From the NCBI RefSeq assembly GCF_009914755.1, contig NC_060946.1: 64,000 nt of DNA. One strand, written 5' to 3'. This document shows positions 47,950 through 61,245 of this stretch, piece by piece. Both the position numbers and the translations under genes were made by a program. The notes under the pieces are model-generated. The model did no database searches. It worked only from the letters and a program-made list of their open reading frames with translations, and had not been told where the DNA came from. Every line of letters begins with the position of its first letter. The stretch's first letter is position 1. Origin of the DNA: the human T2T-CHM13v2.0 reference genome, Homo sapiens.

Positions 47950-48220
47950 TTTATTTATTTTTATTTTTTTGAGACAGAGTCTCACTCTTGTCCAGGCTGG
48001 CGCGCCATGGCCAGATCCTAGCTCACTGCAGCCTCAACCTTCCAGGCTCAAGCAATCCTCCCACCTTGGCCTCTCGAGTAGCAAGGACCACAGGTGCATG
48101 CCACCTAATTTTTTAATTTTTGTAGAGACAGGGGTCTCACTGTGTTGCCCAGGTTAGTCCCAAACTCCTGGGCTCAAGTAATCCTCCCATCTTGGCCTCC
48201 CAAAGTGCTGAGATTACAGG
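47950..48220 (-). mobile_element. 5'-truncated AluJ
   Basis: TSD cagat(g/a)tgattttt. Confidence 0.88.
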
Positions 48221-48441
48221 CAGATATGATTTTTAAATCTGTACATTAATTTTTCTGAAAATTCTGTACATCTAATACTATGTTGTCTTCATTATTATCT
48301 TACTGTGGTGACATTACATCCCATAAATTATGCACATTGTTTTTATTATATAGTCTTTGGGGGAACTTTTTTTTTCTTTCTAAGTTTTCACAGTTTAGAG
48401 GAGGACTACTTGAAGATTTCATCATATAAAGTTACTACTTT

Positions 48442-49212
<771 letters not shown>

Positions 49213-49487
49213 TTAGAGCTGGTTTACTTGGCTGATTTTGCTGTTGTATTCATCACCAATAAGATGGATGATGATTCTGTTTTCTTACTATAAATTAGTT
49301 GCATATATCCCTTAACTCTCAGTCATTTCATTCCTTGCAGTGTATCTTTGTTCTGTACCTGCTCATATGGAGAAGTTCAAAAAATACATTAGTACTTTCT
49401 GCCCCACTTTGTCACTATCTAGTTCACTAATTTTCCTAAAGGAATTGACTTAGCTCATGTTGCTTCATCATTTATAAACATATAAAT

Positions 49488-49830
49488 GAGGCAGAGGTTG
49501 CATTGAGCGAAGATCATGCCACTGCACTCCAGCATGGGCAACAGAGCGGGACCCTGTCTCAAAAAATAAATGAATAGGCTGGGTGGCAGAGGTGGGTGGG
49601 TTACTTGAGTTGGATCCAGGAGTTTGAGACCAGCCTGGACAACATAGTGAGACCCTGTCTCTACTAAAAATACAAAAATTAGCTGGGCATGGTTGTGCAT
49701 GCCTGTAATCCCAACTACCTGGGGGACTGAGTCAGGAGGAAGTCCTGGCTGCAGTGAGCCAAGATTGTGCCTCTACACGCCAGCCTGGGTGACAAAGTGA
49801 GACCCCTGTCTGAATAAAAAATAAATTAAT
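49488..49830 (+). mobile_element. Alu 3' fragment (49488-49575) followed by a deleted AluJ-like element (49577-49830)
   Basis: Recognisable Alu arms with ataaat(g/t)aata repeats at the junctions. Confidence 0.8.
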
Positions 49831-52800
49831 ATAGCTTTGGAATTTTTTTTCACTTATTTTTCTAGTTTCAGTTCAGCATCATGTAGTTTGAATGATTTGT
49901 TGTTTTATAGTATTGTATTTCATCTTAATTTAGTAACTCTTTGATGTGTTTAAGCACCTAATCCTTTTCATAATAAGAACGATCAAATGTCCTTTATAAG
50001 TTGCCTTGCAATTTGAAGTAAAACTGTGTGAGTGAATTTCTGTGTAGAGAACAATACTTGTCATCTGGTAGGCACATGAGTCACTCTGAGTCACTTCAAG
50101 AATGAATTTAGAATTAATTTAGCTTAAGGTTTCTATAGTCTACTGGATACTTAAAAAAAAATTTAACTTACGAGGCATCTTATCTATTTGAAACTAGCAA
50201 CAGCCATTCTAAGTGAGGGTTTGTAAAGTCAGGCGTGAGATATACATGGGGCCATATGTAAGTTTTAACATAATTCTCTGACAAAATGAAATTCTAGGGC
50301 GTGGGAGATACTCAAGAGAAAAGGTGGATTTGAAATGCCCCCTGCTTCCCCAAGTTTCTGACAGGTCACTTCTCAGTTGTGCATTTGGTACAGAGGAATG
50401 AAATAGGTATAGAGGCTCTTTTTGGTTTTTCTCAAAAAAAGTGATACCCACTGGGGGAGACTCCAGCCGAGTGTTCTGAAAGCCAGAGTCCTCAGCCGAG
50501 AGAACTCCACAGTCTTCAGGCCGTTCCCAGCTGGAATTCTCTGTGAAACAGCAGCAACAGCCAGCAGCTTTTTGGTGTCTGGGGTAGTTTCTGACCCATC
50601 ACAGTTCCCTTCATTGCTATGACAACAGGGAGAATAATTATTCAGGTTCTGTTTGATTCTAGATCCAGAAAAAGGTTTAGGCTCTTTGTTCAAAGAGCAA
50701 AAGAATTGTCCGTTTCTTTGTACATAGAAGAGGGAAAAAAAATCCTTATGATTCAAGAGAAAAATGGGTGCGTCTGTCCTTTTTCCTTTCTTTCACGTAA
50801 ATTATAAGTCTTGGTTCTAGCCACCACACCTTTTAAGAAAGGGTCTGGGACTGATGTGAGACTCTGTACCACAGCGACACCCTACCCTGGCCGACAGTGG
50901 CAAAAGAACAAAAGGAAGGAAGTTTCCCTTTTAAATCCCCAGGAATTTTTTGATGAGATAATATTACAGAGTGAAATGTCTCGTCCTCCTATTAGTTTAG
51001 TATTTGGCTTCTGTGTAACAGTAACCCACTTAGAAGCAGGCGGCTCTTTTGAAGTTATTTTAAACTCTCAGCCTAGTGTAGAGATTTGTAACCTTGGATA
51101 AAAGCACCACTAGCCCTAGTTTCAGTTTTGCCCTTTCAGACATGTGGAAAGTGCACCAGTATATCTCAAGGATTTTGTACTGAAAGCTTCTTAAAGAGCT
51201 GGTCTTGGTTTCAAAGTTTGGCTTGATGTACCATACTCAAGGGAACATAGTTCTTTTTCTCCAGATATTTAACCTTGTCTGACATCGTCTTTTGGCTTCG
51301 AAGTTCCCCTAGCTTCTTTGTCCATTAACAAAACATGAAACCACATGAAACCATGATAGTCAGTCTCACTGGGCTCTGAGGAAGTTGAAGAAAGTTCATC
51401 TTCATATTTAAACATAAAACCAGTTGTTTGATACCTGGTACCAGAGATGGCCAGGTATATGCATTGCTTGTTGGTAGCATTTTGCCTTAGTAACTATTCA
51501 GAAATGCAAGTGGAATGTTGAGTTCCTCTTCTAGAGGTTATATCTGTATCTGGGAGAAAATTGGAGCTTCTCAGAACAATCACCCTGGTTATTGTGTCTG
51601 CCGTCTCTGTAACACCCAAATCTATATCACACTCTGATGCCACCTGGGAGCTATTTTTGGTTGCGAAGGGTGGTGAAAGCTGCTGGTTCTTTCTCTTACC
51701 GTGTGTCCCTGAGTCATCCCCAGCCCACGTCCTGGATGGCTCCCAGAACAGCCGTCTCAGACGAAGTCTCCCTTCAGATGTCCACTCCTCAGTGCAGGGG
51801 GCCTGTGGGGTCTCTCTTGGTCCTGATGAAATCCTTCTCTGCCTTTTCCAGTGAGAAGGACCCATAGAATCTGCTGGAACACTTGGAGAAAGGGACTTAT
51901 TTCCAGCAGTGCATAAAATTTTTGATTAAAATAATTCACGTGTCTGTTTATAAAAAGACAAAGCGTACATCATGGTTTATAATAAAAAAGAGCATTATCT
52001 TGTTTCACCTTCACCACCCCTGATTGCTATTCCCAGAGGCAAACCATTTTCAATTCTTTAGTGGCTTCTTTTGTCTTCATCTCTGTGATTCTTTCTAAAT
52101 TTCTGTAACTCTTATAGTCAATTGCAGAATAATTTATTGACCTCCTCCTGTAGAAAAAGATTTTGCTTTTCACTCCCCTCTTCTCATTCCTGCATTCTTC
52201 CAATGTAGTTATATCACATAGGTCATACCCTGATTATGGGTTCCAATCCTGGTGTAAGTTTTTGTTTTTTTTCTGGAGTTAATCATTGCTCCCCTCACCC
52301 TGGCCCTCCATTACTTTAGTTTGCTGTAACTATCACGTGTCATCCTCTTGTTCAGAACTATAAAACTCTCCTCAGTACCATCTAACCCACTGGGTAATGA
52401 GTCATATTTTTGTTGTTATTTGTTTGGCTGTCCTGTAGCCTCATCCTTCTGGCCCCATCTGGACCTGTCATTCAACAGGCTGGTTGCAAAGCCATCGTCC
52501 TGGGATTTCTCTTTATTTCTCTAATCTGTGGGAGTCCCTGTGCTTGGATCCCATGCCTGCCTTTTCCTTAGTTTTATTTCTTTGTTTTGTTGTTGCTGAC
52601 AGCAACTCCTGAGGTTGGACGTGGATGGGAAAATTTGAGACTTGCTTTTTTGGGGAGGACATCTTCTATTCTCCTTCCCCTTCTACTGTCCTTTCAAGGT
52701 GCTGTCATGGTGAAGGGCACCAGTGTTGTGGTCTCTGTGTATAGAAAGCAGTAGCCACCCCAGCGTTCTTGGGCTGCTGTGGCCCCACAGCAAGGCCAAG

Positions 52801-53034
52801 GAGGAGCAGCCTTTGCTCCTATACCATTGCCAGTAAATCTTTTTTGTCCTGGAAATGTCTTTGATGACTCAGTAATCAATAACTGTAAGAGCTAGGTCTT
52901 TCAAAGTTCATGCAGCAAGTTAATTAAATCCTGACCTATTTGCCCTGGTCCCTCACTTAGCAGAGCAGAGACCCAAGTGGCTCAGCAAAAACAGCAAGAG
53001 ACATGGCAGCAGGCCTGCCTCCAGGCCAGAGGTC

Positions 53035-53330
53035 ATTTGTTCAGCCAGCAGTCATTTATTGAGCACCTGTTGGGTGCAAAGCTCTGTGTAGGGTGAAAGG
53101 GGACTTCTGAATAAGACTGTCTTTCTAGAAGCAGGTGCCCATCTTAGAGGGGAGGCTGTAGGAACCAGTAAGCACCATACAAAGCATTTGAGAATCAAAA
53201 AGTATTAGTTCATTCAAGAAAGCTCCGTGGAAGGGGTGATATTTAAGTTGGTCTTGAAGGGCAAAGCATTCAAGGCAAAGGCATAAAATGCAAATGGACA
53301 TGACAGGTCTAGAGAAGGTGAAGGAGAGAG
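53035..53330 (-). mobile_element. L2 3' fragment
   Basis: catttattgagcacctgttgggtgcaaagctctgtg...ggaaggggtgatatttaagttggtcttgaagg. Confidence 0.7.
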
Positions 53331-53369
53331 CTTTCCCATTGATGGAACGTCTACTGGTGTTACTATGTT

Positions 53370-53780
53370 GATGTATTTTATCTCATTTAATCCTTAACGA
53401 TGTCTGTATTTGTCCATATCAGTTAAGACAGATGCTACAGTCTCCATTTTACAGATAAGAAAATCCATATGGAAAACAGATAGGGGCATAGAGTGTGGAA
53501 GTACAGGCATTGGAGACTCAGAAGGGTGGGTGGAGGGGGGGAAGGGGAATGGATTATGGGAAATTACTTAATGGGTACCATTTACATTATTCAGGTGATA
53601 GATACACTAAAAGCCCAGATTTCCCCACTAAACAATATAGCCATGTAACAAAATCACACTTCAATATATACAAATAATTTTAAAAATCAAGGTTTATAGA
53701 AATCAACTCATCTGCCTAGGTGATGTGCCTCATAAAAGGCAGAAGTGAGATTTCAACACAAGATTGCATGATCTCAAATC
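53370..53780 (-). mobile_element. MIR split by an L1 3' fragment
   Basis: tctcatttaatcct...ctccattttacagataagaaaa | ...ggcagaagtgagatttcaacacaag. Confidence 0.7.
53475..53685 (+). mobile_element. L1PB/L1MA-type extreme 3' end
   Basis: cattggagactcagaagggtggg...aaattacttaatgggtac...acactaaaagcccaga...ccatgtaacaaaa. Confidence 0.85.
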
Positions 53781-54658
53781 TCATTCCTTCCTTCCCAAAA
53801 TATCCCTTGGAACAAAATAAGGAGTGAGAGGGTAAGAGCCACAGTTTCATAATAATGTCAAACTCTTGATAAAGGAGTGAGTAGGCATTTTCCTTCAGTT
53901 GACTTAAGCAAGATGTCAAGTATCCCAAAGTTATTGCACAAAGAGCAAAAGTAAAACAAAATCAAAGTTATAACCCAGGACATATTTTCTGTTATATCCT
54001 TGCACTTTCATTGTAGCTTATTAATTATTTGCATGAAGTTCTTCTGTGAATCTGCCCCAGAAGTTTTTCTTGTCTTCTCATTTCAAGCCATCCTTCCCCT
54101 TAGTATTCTCTATTGGATGGAGTCTTGGTTCCAGTCTAGGGTTTCCATGTCTATTTGATTTTTTTCTTTACGTTTTCATTAGTAGTTCTTGAGTTCTTAC
54201 ACACAATTCAGCTGTTTTTAATCTTCTTAAAAATAATAAGGCAAAAACATAAATGTCAAGCATCTGACTAGGAAAGCCCTACCCATCCAAATATTTTAAG
54301 AAAATAAACTCAGAAATGCCTATAACTTTTAAATGCTTATATGCTACATTAAGTTCAAAGTTAACATGCTTAACACCATACACGGAAGTATCCTACGATG
54401 AATTTTCAATGATTAGGCGTTCAGAACCACACAGGTCTTATATGTAGTCAGTGCCTATATGTCGCTGGCTAGTGTTAGCATGTGTGAATAACACGCCTGG
54501 TTTTTACCTGATGACTGCAGGGATGGTGTGGAAGTAGTGTCTAGCTGAAACTTTGGGAGAGTTTAGGAATTTCTTACAGAGAAGGTTCTTATTCTCTACA
54601 GATGATTGTTATCCAGATAAGGACCTTGGGATCTTTTAAAATCAGAGGCTAATAATTC

Positions 54659-54796
54659 TTTTTTATCTTTTTAAAAAAATTGAGATGCAGTCTTGCTATG
54701 TTGGCCAGGCTGGTCTCGAACTCCTGGGTTCAAACCATCCTCCCACCTCAGCCTCCCAGTAGCTAGGATTATAGGTGTGTGTCACTATGCCTGGTT
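54659..54796 (-). mobile_element. FLAM-type monomer
   Basis: Single reverse Alu arm. Confidence 0.85.
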
Positions 54797-55021
54797 TAGG
54801 GCCTAGTATTTCTTAGGAGAAAGTAGAAATAAAGGTTTCATTGGGGCTATATCTTAAAAAATAAAAATGAAAGTAATGGTTTATATTTAAATTATAATTG
54901 CAGCTTTGTACTGATTTTTGAGAATAAACAAAGATTGAATCTCTTGTGGGCCATGCGGGGATATTCTCAGCAAAACTGTATAAGACTGTGCATATAGCAT
55001 CCTTCACTTAGGTTTGAGTTC

Positions 55022-55355
<334 letters not shown>

Positions 55356-55622
55356 TTAATCCTTTGATCATTCTCTGTGGAAGCTCCCATGCGTGTTTCT
55401 TCTTCTTTAATCCTTAACTAGATTGTTTGCCATTGGCTTTGAGTGGAATCCAGTTGTTGACTAATAGGACTTTCATGGACTCTGTTAAATTCTGCATTGG
55501 TTGCTGATTTGCAGTTCTAGTTTGCAACTTATTTACATAGTTTAGTCACTATATCATCTGATATTCCAACAATTAGCAGGAGTTCACTGTTGGATTAAAT
55601 AAGAGATTAAAATGTGTAAACC

Positions 55623-55886
<264 letters not shown>

Positions 55887-57432
55887 TTAACATTGCAGAT
55901 GTCCAGTTAATAGGAAAGGCCCCTGTTTCACTTTTCCCATAAAATGCAAATGAAATGGTATGTTCATTTGCATTTTATGCCTTTGCCTAGAATACTCCAT
56001 CCTTGGGACAGGTCAGTTCCCTAAGAATATTTTCACATAATGACTACTTCTGCTTCTCTATAAAAACATCTCCTGAGCTCGTAACTTGGAGCCCTTGGGA
56101 AAAGAGAACCTCAGGGTGGAAATGGCTGGAGGCCTAGGGTGGCCGATGCTGTCGTCAGGGGCCAGCTGACAGAGACCTGAATCGTATAATATGATATTCA
56201 ATAGGTGGGTCAAAGGAGCCTGTTAGATTGAATTAACAGACTTGCACTGGAGATGTAAACTGGAATAAGGAGCTCAGGAGAGAGGGAACTTAGGGTGGAA
56301 GTGGGAAGGTGGAATGGATGGTGAGGTAAGTTTTCTATCCTCTGAGATGTGATCTCAGTGGCTTCTTTACCCTCCACAAGAGGGTAAAGCGTCCCTCCCA
56401 CTGGCACTTTAGAAAAATTCCTTTTAGTTTTAAAGGCTTTCATTCCTGTTCAGAAGTCAATGCCCTTGACGGGGCTGATGTGTTGAGCTGCTAACAGTCA
56501 CCCATCCCAGTGTCAGGAAGATTTGATAGAGGAGTTTGGAGGAGAGTGGGAAGGAATGACTGCTTAGGAGGGGAGAGAGCCTGGCAATGAAATGTGGCCC
56601 AGGGCACCAGCCTGACAGCCCCGAGGGACCCCTGGGTGTGTTTGAGGCTTTCATAGTTCAGATTTCTGCATGCCCGGACACGCTCTCCACATGCCTTTCC
56701 TGAGGCCGTGTGTTCTGCTCCTCCAAGAGAGTAAGCCTCTGGCCTGGTCAGGCCCACTTCCACCTCACTGGCTGCAGTGGGTCAGGCCTCGGCTTTGGCT
56801 TCAGCTGCCTCTTGGTTTCCATTCCTTGTCTTCTCCCCGTCCTCCACATCTGCCGCTCTCCCAAGCCTTGTCTTTTCTCCAGCTGCCCTCGACTGTCCCT
56901 CCATTTCTTTCTACCATGGCCTTAAGTCTTTGCGTCATGGATGTTCAGCATTTGCAGACATTTAGCTTTACCTCATGTCATATTTACTGTAGGTTTATTG
57001 CCATGCGTGTGTATGTGTTCTCCCTAACTTAGCATCTCTCAACGTGTGTCCCATGAAATAGTGTGATCAGATTAAATGCAAAACAAGTTTATAAACAAAG
57101 GGTAGGAAATGGTGGTTTTAGCAAAGGTTAAAAGCCTTTTTAAACCATTGGCCACTGCAGAGCTTTAATTCACACATGTAGATCCTGAGTCCCTGTGAAG
57201 AGTTTCTCAGTGTTATTTACTTGTGCAAGAACCTGTTTTTCATCTTGTGGTAGGTAGTATTCTGCAGGACCCAGTTTCCTGAAGGGCTGCTGGAATTCAC
57301 TTAGGCTCTGGAAGGGTAGAAACCACATTGTCCTTCACTGTGGGATCCCCGTGTTAGCTGAGGGCAGTGCTAGGCAGGGCGTAAGTCATTCCTGAGTAAG
57401 CTCTTAGGACAGTTGCTTGTTTTTTTTTTTTA

Positions 57433-57735
57433 AAAAAACCTTTTAATTGTGAAATTCATATAAAATTCACCATTTTAATCATTTTAAAGCATGAAATTAA
57501 GTGGCATTTAATATGTTCACAGTGTTGTGCAATCTTCACCACCATCTAGTTCCAGAACGTTTTCATCACCCAGAAGGAAGCCCTGTACCCATTGAACAGT
57601 CACTCCTTATTTGCCCCTCCCTGCTGCCCTTGGCAACCACTAGTCTTCTTTCTGTCTCAATGGTTTTGCCTCTTCTGGACATGTAATGGAATCATACAAT
57701 ATGCGGTGTTTTGTGCCTGGCTTCTTTCTTTAGTA
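57433..57735 (-). mobile_element. L1MB 3' end
   Basis: aaattcaccattttaatc...ttcacagtgttgtgcaa...cccttggcaaccactagtc...atggaatcatacaatatg. Confidence 0.88.
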
Positions 57736-58919
57736 AAGTTTTGATATAGATGCAAAGTCTTAGACCCAGATGATACCTATGCTCCTCCAAAGCAACTCTT
57801 TATCATTGGCCAAACCCCATAAATGTATAAGTAACCAAAAGCAGCCATTCATCTGGAAACCTCCAAGTTGTGTGGCCAGGTTAAAAATACCTTGGAATAC
57901 TGGTTGCCGTTACCATGATTTGACCTGGGACTTCAGGAAGCTGGCTGAGCTGTGCTGGAGTGAGCCGGGTCTTGAGCCCTTTCCTGGAGGTCAGAGGTGC
58001 CTGAGCTGTTGACATAATTGGCTCATCCCTCTTGCTCATCCTTTTTCTAGTTGGAGGTCTCAGCATTTCAGACTACTCATTGTTTAATAACTGTAGAACA
58101 TTCTAGAGTGGGCTGAATCCTGCACGGGCACCCTGGAGGAAAGGTTGCCCCACCCATGGCACCGCAGAACCTCCATTGGCCCTTCAGGCAAATTCCATGA
58201 GCCTGAAAGTTTGTGCAAAGTTAGATCCCAGGGCCCTCTATCTCATATCTTGGAATTCCCAAGGGGTGGGATATCTCTCACCCACTATAAAGACAGCTGC
58301 TGGCCACCCTGTGCTCAGCAGTGGTGACCTCTCACCTGCCTTATGAGCTTGTGCAACCCCTTTCCTGTTGTTTCATTGAATTGTCAAGGAACTCTCATTT
58401 TTGGCCTGCACCCTTTGCCCTCCACTCGTTGCTGTCTCTGGAGTCCAAGAATACCACTGCTCGAAGAGGTTACCTGCCTGCCTAAAATAACTTCTTTCAG
58501 TGCACAATCTTCTGCCTAAGGACCTGTAATGCTGTCTTGGTGTCCAGACTCCATCCTGGTTTTTGAGCCCTTCTCTTTCCTTCTCAGTGTAGACAGTGAC
58601 CCTTCCTACTCATCAGACTGGATGCATCCTTTTCTCCCCTCTATATCATCTCTTAGCAACTCCTCCCCGGGCTTGGAACTGACCTCTCTCTCTCGTTTTG
58701 CCCTGATCAGTCTAACTCTTCCTTCTAAGCTCACTCGAGGCTCAGCAGCTGCGCAAAGCCTCCCCAAACATTCTAGCAACTCTTGCTGCCTGCACCAAAC
58801 TCATGTTACGCTTGAATACCACAGGATTTAGAGCTGGAAACTTTTTTTCTAAGGATTTTATCTCTTAGTCTTTCCCTGTCAGATGGTCAGCTCTCAGAGG
58901 AAGGGAAGATAAAGTAAGC

Positions 58920-59060
58920 AAGTGGTGGAGTGGGAAGGCACTGGATTGTGAATCCAAGGGCCTGGTCACCTCTGGGTGTGCCACATACTGGCTGTGTCTT
59001 GGAAAAGCCACTTATCTTGGATTTCTGTTCTCATCTGTAAAACAAGTAGGGGATAATGTG
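58920..59060 (+). mobile_element. MIR
   Basis: ggaaggcactggattgtgaatcc...actggctgtgtcttggaaaagccactt...ctcatctgtaaaac. Confidence 0.75.
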
Positions 59061-59062
59061 GG

Positions 59063-59511
59063 TGTATTAGTTTCCTATTTGCTGCTGTAACAAGTTTCTA
59101 CAAACTTAGTGGCTTAAAGCAACACAAATTCATTCTCTTACAGTTCTGGAGGTCAGAAGTCCCAAACAGGTCTTCAGGGCTACATTCTTTCTGGAAGCTT
59201 GAGGGGAGAATCCATTTTTCATCTTTGTCAGCTTCTAGAGGCCATCGTCATTTCTTGATTAACGGCCCCCTCCTCCACCTTCAAAGCACATCAGCCTCTG
59301 CTTCTGTCATCACATCTGTTCTCCATCTTTCTCATGCTTCCCTGCTTCCCTTATAAGGACCTTTGTGATTGCACTGGACCAACCCAGATAATTCAGTAAT
59401 CTGTCCATCTCAAACTCAATCACATCTGCAAAGTCTCTTGCTGTGTAAGGTAACTTATGCACAGGTTCTGGAGATTAGGACATAGATATCTTGGGGGCCA
59501 TATTCTGTCTA
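59063..59511 (-). mobile_element. MLT1D-like MaLR solo LTR
   Basis: tgtattagtttcctatt...acagttctggaggtcagaagtcc...aatcacatctgcaaagtc...acaggttctggagattaggac. Confidence 0.88.
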
Positions 59512-60374
59512 GAGTGCATTCTTAGGTCTCTTGTGTTTCTAACTTGTCATGAATCTAAAGACGTATTTCTTCCACTTATTTAAGAGCTTAGCACACACAG
59601 TGCTAGGCTTATCAGCTTCTTGATAAGTTATGTTTATCCCTGAGGATTTCCTCTTCTCAGATTGTTATTAGGGATTCTAGGGCCTGGTACCACTCAGTGA
59701 TAGAACTGTGAGCACAAACCTTAGGGTTGTTCTGGTTTGACTGCACTTTCACACACAGAAATTTGACACTGCTTATCTGCCCATCTTTGATTTTGTGCTT
59801 TGCAAATTTTGAAAAGACCTCAAAGAATTTTATCTGTTTCCCAGTAACCAGGGGTAGCCTTTAAACAGCCTGTTAATTACACTGGTGATTTCTGTGGTCT
59901 CTGCATAGAGTCCGGGATGTGTTTCCAGATCCTCTTGCGTAAGTTGAAGTAGACATGTTGTTGAAGTCTAGAAGCCAAACAATCTTGGATACTAACATAG
60001 CTAGTCTCGTCTGTAATTGCTACTTAGTGTTAAATTTATGGTATTTCACAGCAATTTAGATTGGCATTTATATGGGAATTGTGCTGTTTTCTTTCCCTAG
60101 ATCCTATTGGGCAGTTTCCACCTTGGATCACCATCACTTACAAGGCAGTAAAAAAGCATGCATAACATACATTTATAATGGCTCTATAGTGTTCTCCCCA
60201 GTGCTCAGCTCATTGTGCTGAAATAAAATTCCCCTTGGGTTGAAAAACTGTCCCCACTCTTAAAATTTTAAGTTTTGACGTTACTTTTGGCTATAGCATC
60301 TGAGAAATACACAATATGAGTCAAGCAAATGTGTAGCTTGCCTGCTGAAGTTTTCTTTCCATTTTATTTCCTAG

Positions 60375-60500
60375 ATGCACCCACTGGGCCTATGTAATAA
60401 CAATGACGAAGAGGACTTGTATGAATATGGCTGGGTAGGAGTGGTGAAGCTGGAACAGCCAGAATTGGACCCGAAACCATGCCTCACTGTCCTAGGCAAG
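60375..60500 (+). CDS. ZNRF3: ZNRF3 coding exon 2 (42 aa of the extracellular PA domain, about residues 101-142)
   Basis: Acceptor ttttctttccattttatttcctag|ATG at 60374/60375 and donor AAG|gtaagc at 60500/60501. The 126 nt encode [42 protein letters not shown], which I recognise as human ZNRF3. The ORF-track extension past 60500 is intron read-through. Confidence 0.97.
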
Positions 60501-60689
60501 GTAAGCACCAGGCCCTTGGAATCACTGTGTTTCTGGTTGGTGTTTTCCACTCTTCCATTTCAGCATTCCTCAAATAGTTGATTATGGAGAAGAGCCATGC
60601 TGGCACAGTGCTCCTTCCCGGCTGAAGTTGCATGAGGTGGGGACTGAGACATGCCTTGCAGTGGCCCACCAGTGTTTACAAGCCCAGAC

Positions 60690-61245
60690 TGAAAGAGACT
60701 GCCAGTCTCAGAGCGGGCTCTACCCTCTTGTCCATTGTGTGGCCTTGGGCAAGTTGCTTCCCCTCAAGGAGTCTTAGTCTCTTGTCTGTGAAATGGGCTA
60801 ATAATAGAGATTCACAATACTTTATCTTACACCCTTGGGCCAGATGTTTCAGAATTCTGAGATTTGGGGGGTTTAGAAAGGCATTAAGGGGTATAGATTT
60901 TATATTAAGTAACCTCCAAGAGACATGGGGAGGCACTCAGTAACCAAACACATTCACATTTGTATAGCAAACCATAGAGATCTTCACATTAAGTGGGATA
61001 ACTAAAATCTAAATAGCCTCGTGTTAGTTCACGGCAGCTTTGCCTCCAGATGAGTTCAGGTCCATTAAGTTTTGCTGCCAAGTAAGTTATGGGAAAATGT
61101 TTCGGTTTTAGAGCTTTTTTTGGTTTCAGAATGGCAGACAGCAATTATGGTCCTGTATTAGAACTTACCTCATAGGTGGTTAGGAGGTGAGATGAGATGC
61201 AAACGCCTCACACAAGAGTAAGCCCTCAATAAACGTTTGCTGCCA
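60690..61245 (+). mobile_element. MIR interrupted by MER46C
   Basis: tgtggccttgggcaagttgctt...tctgtgaaatggg | cttacctcataggtggttaggagg...ccctcaataaacg. Confidence 0.75.
60807..61155. mobile_element. MER46C (TcMar-Tigger)
   Basis: cccttgggccagatgtttcagaattc...cacattaagtgggataa...aaatagcctc...ttttgctgccaa...ggtcctg+TA. Confidence 0.82.

Noticed and set aside
54380-54515. CpG-containing stretch with C/D-box-like words (gatga...ctga)
   Set aside because: No canonical RUGAUGA box or terminal stem, and no snoRNA I recognise. An Rfam/snoscan search would be needed.
60501-60581. C-terminal extension VSTRPLES... of the exon-2 ORF
   Set aside because: Lies past the canonical AAG|gtaagc donor and does not match ZNRF3 protein.
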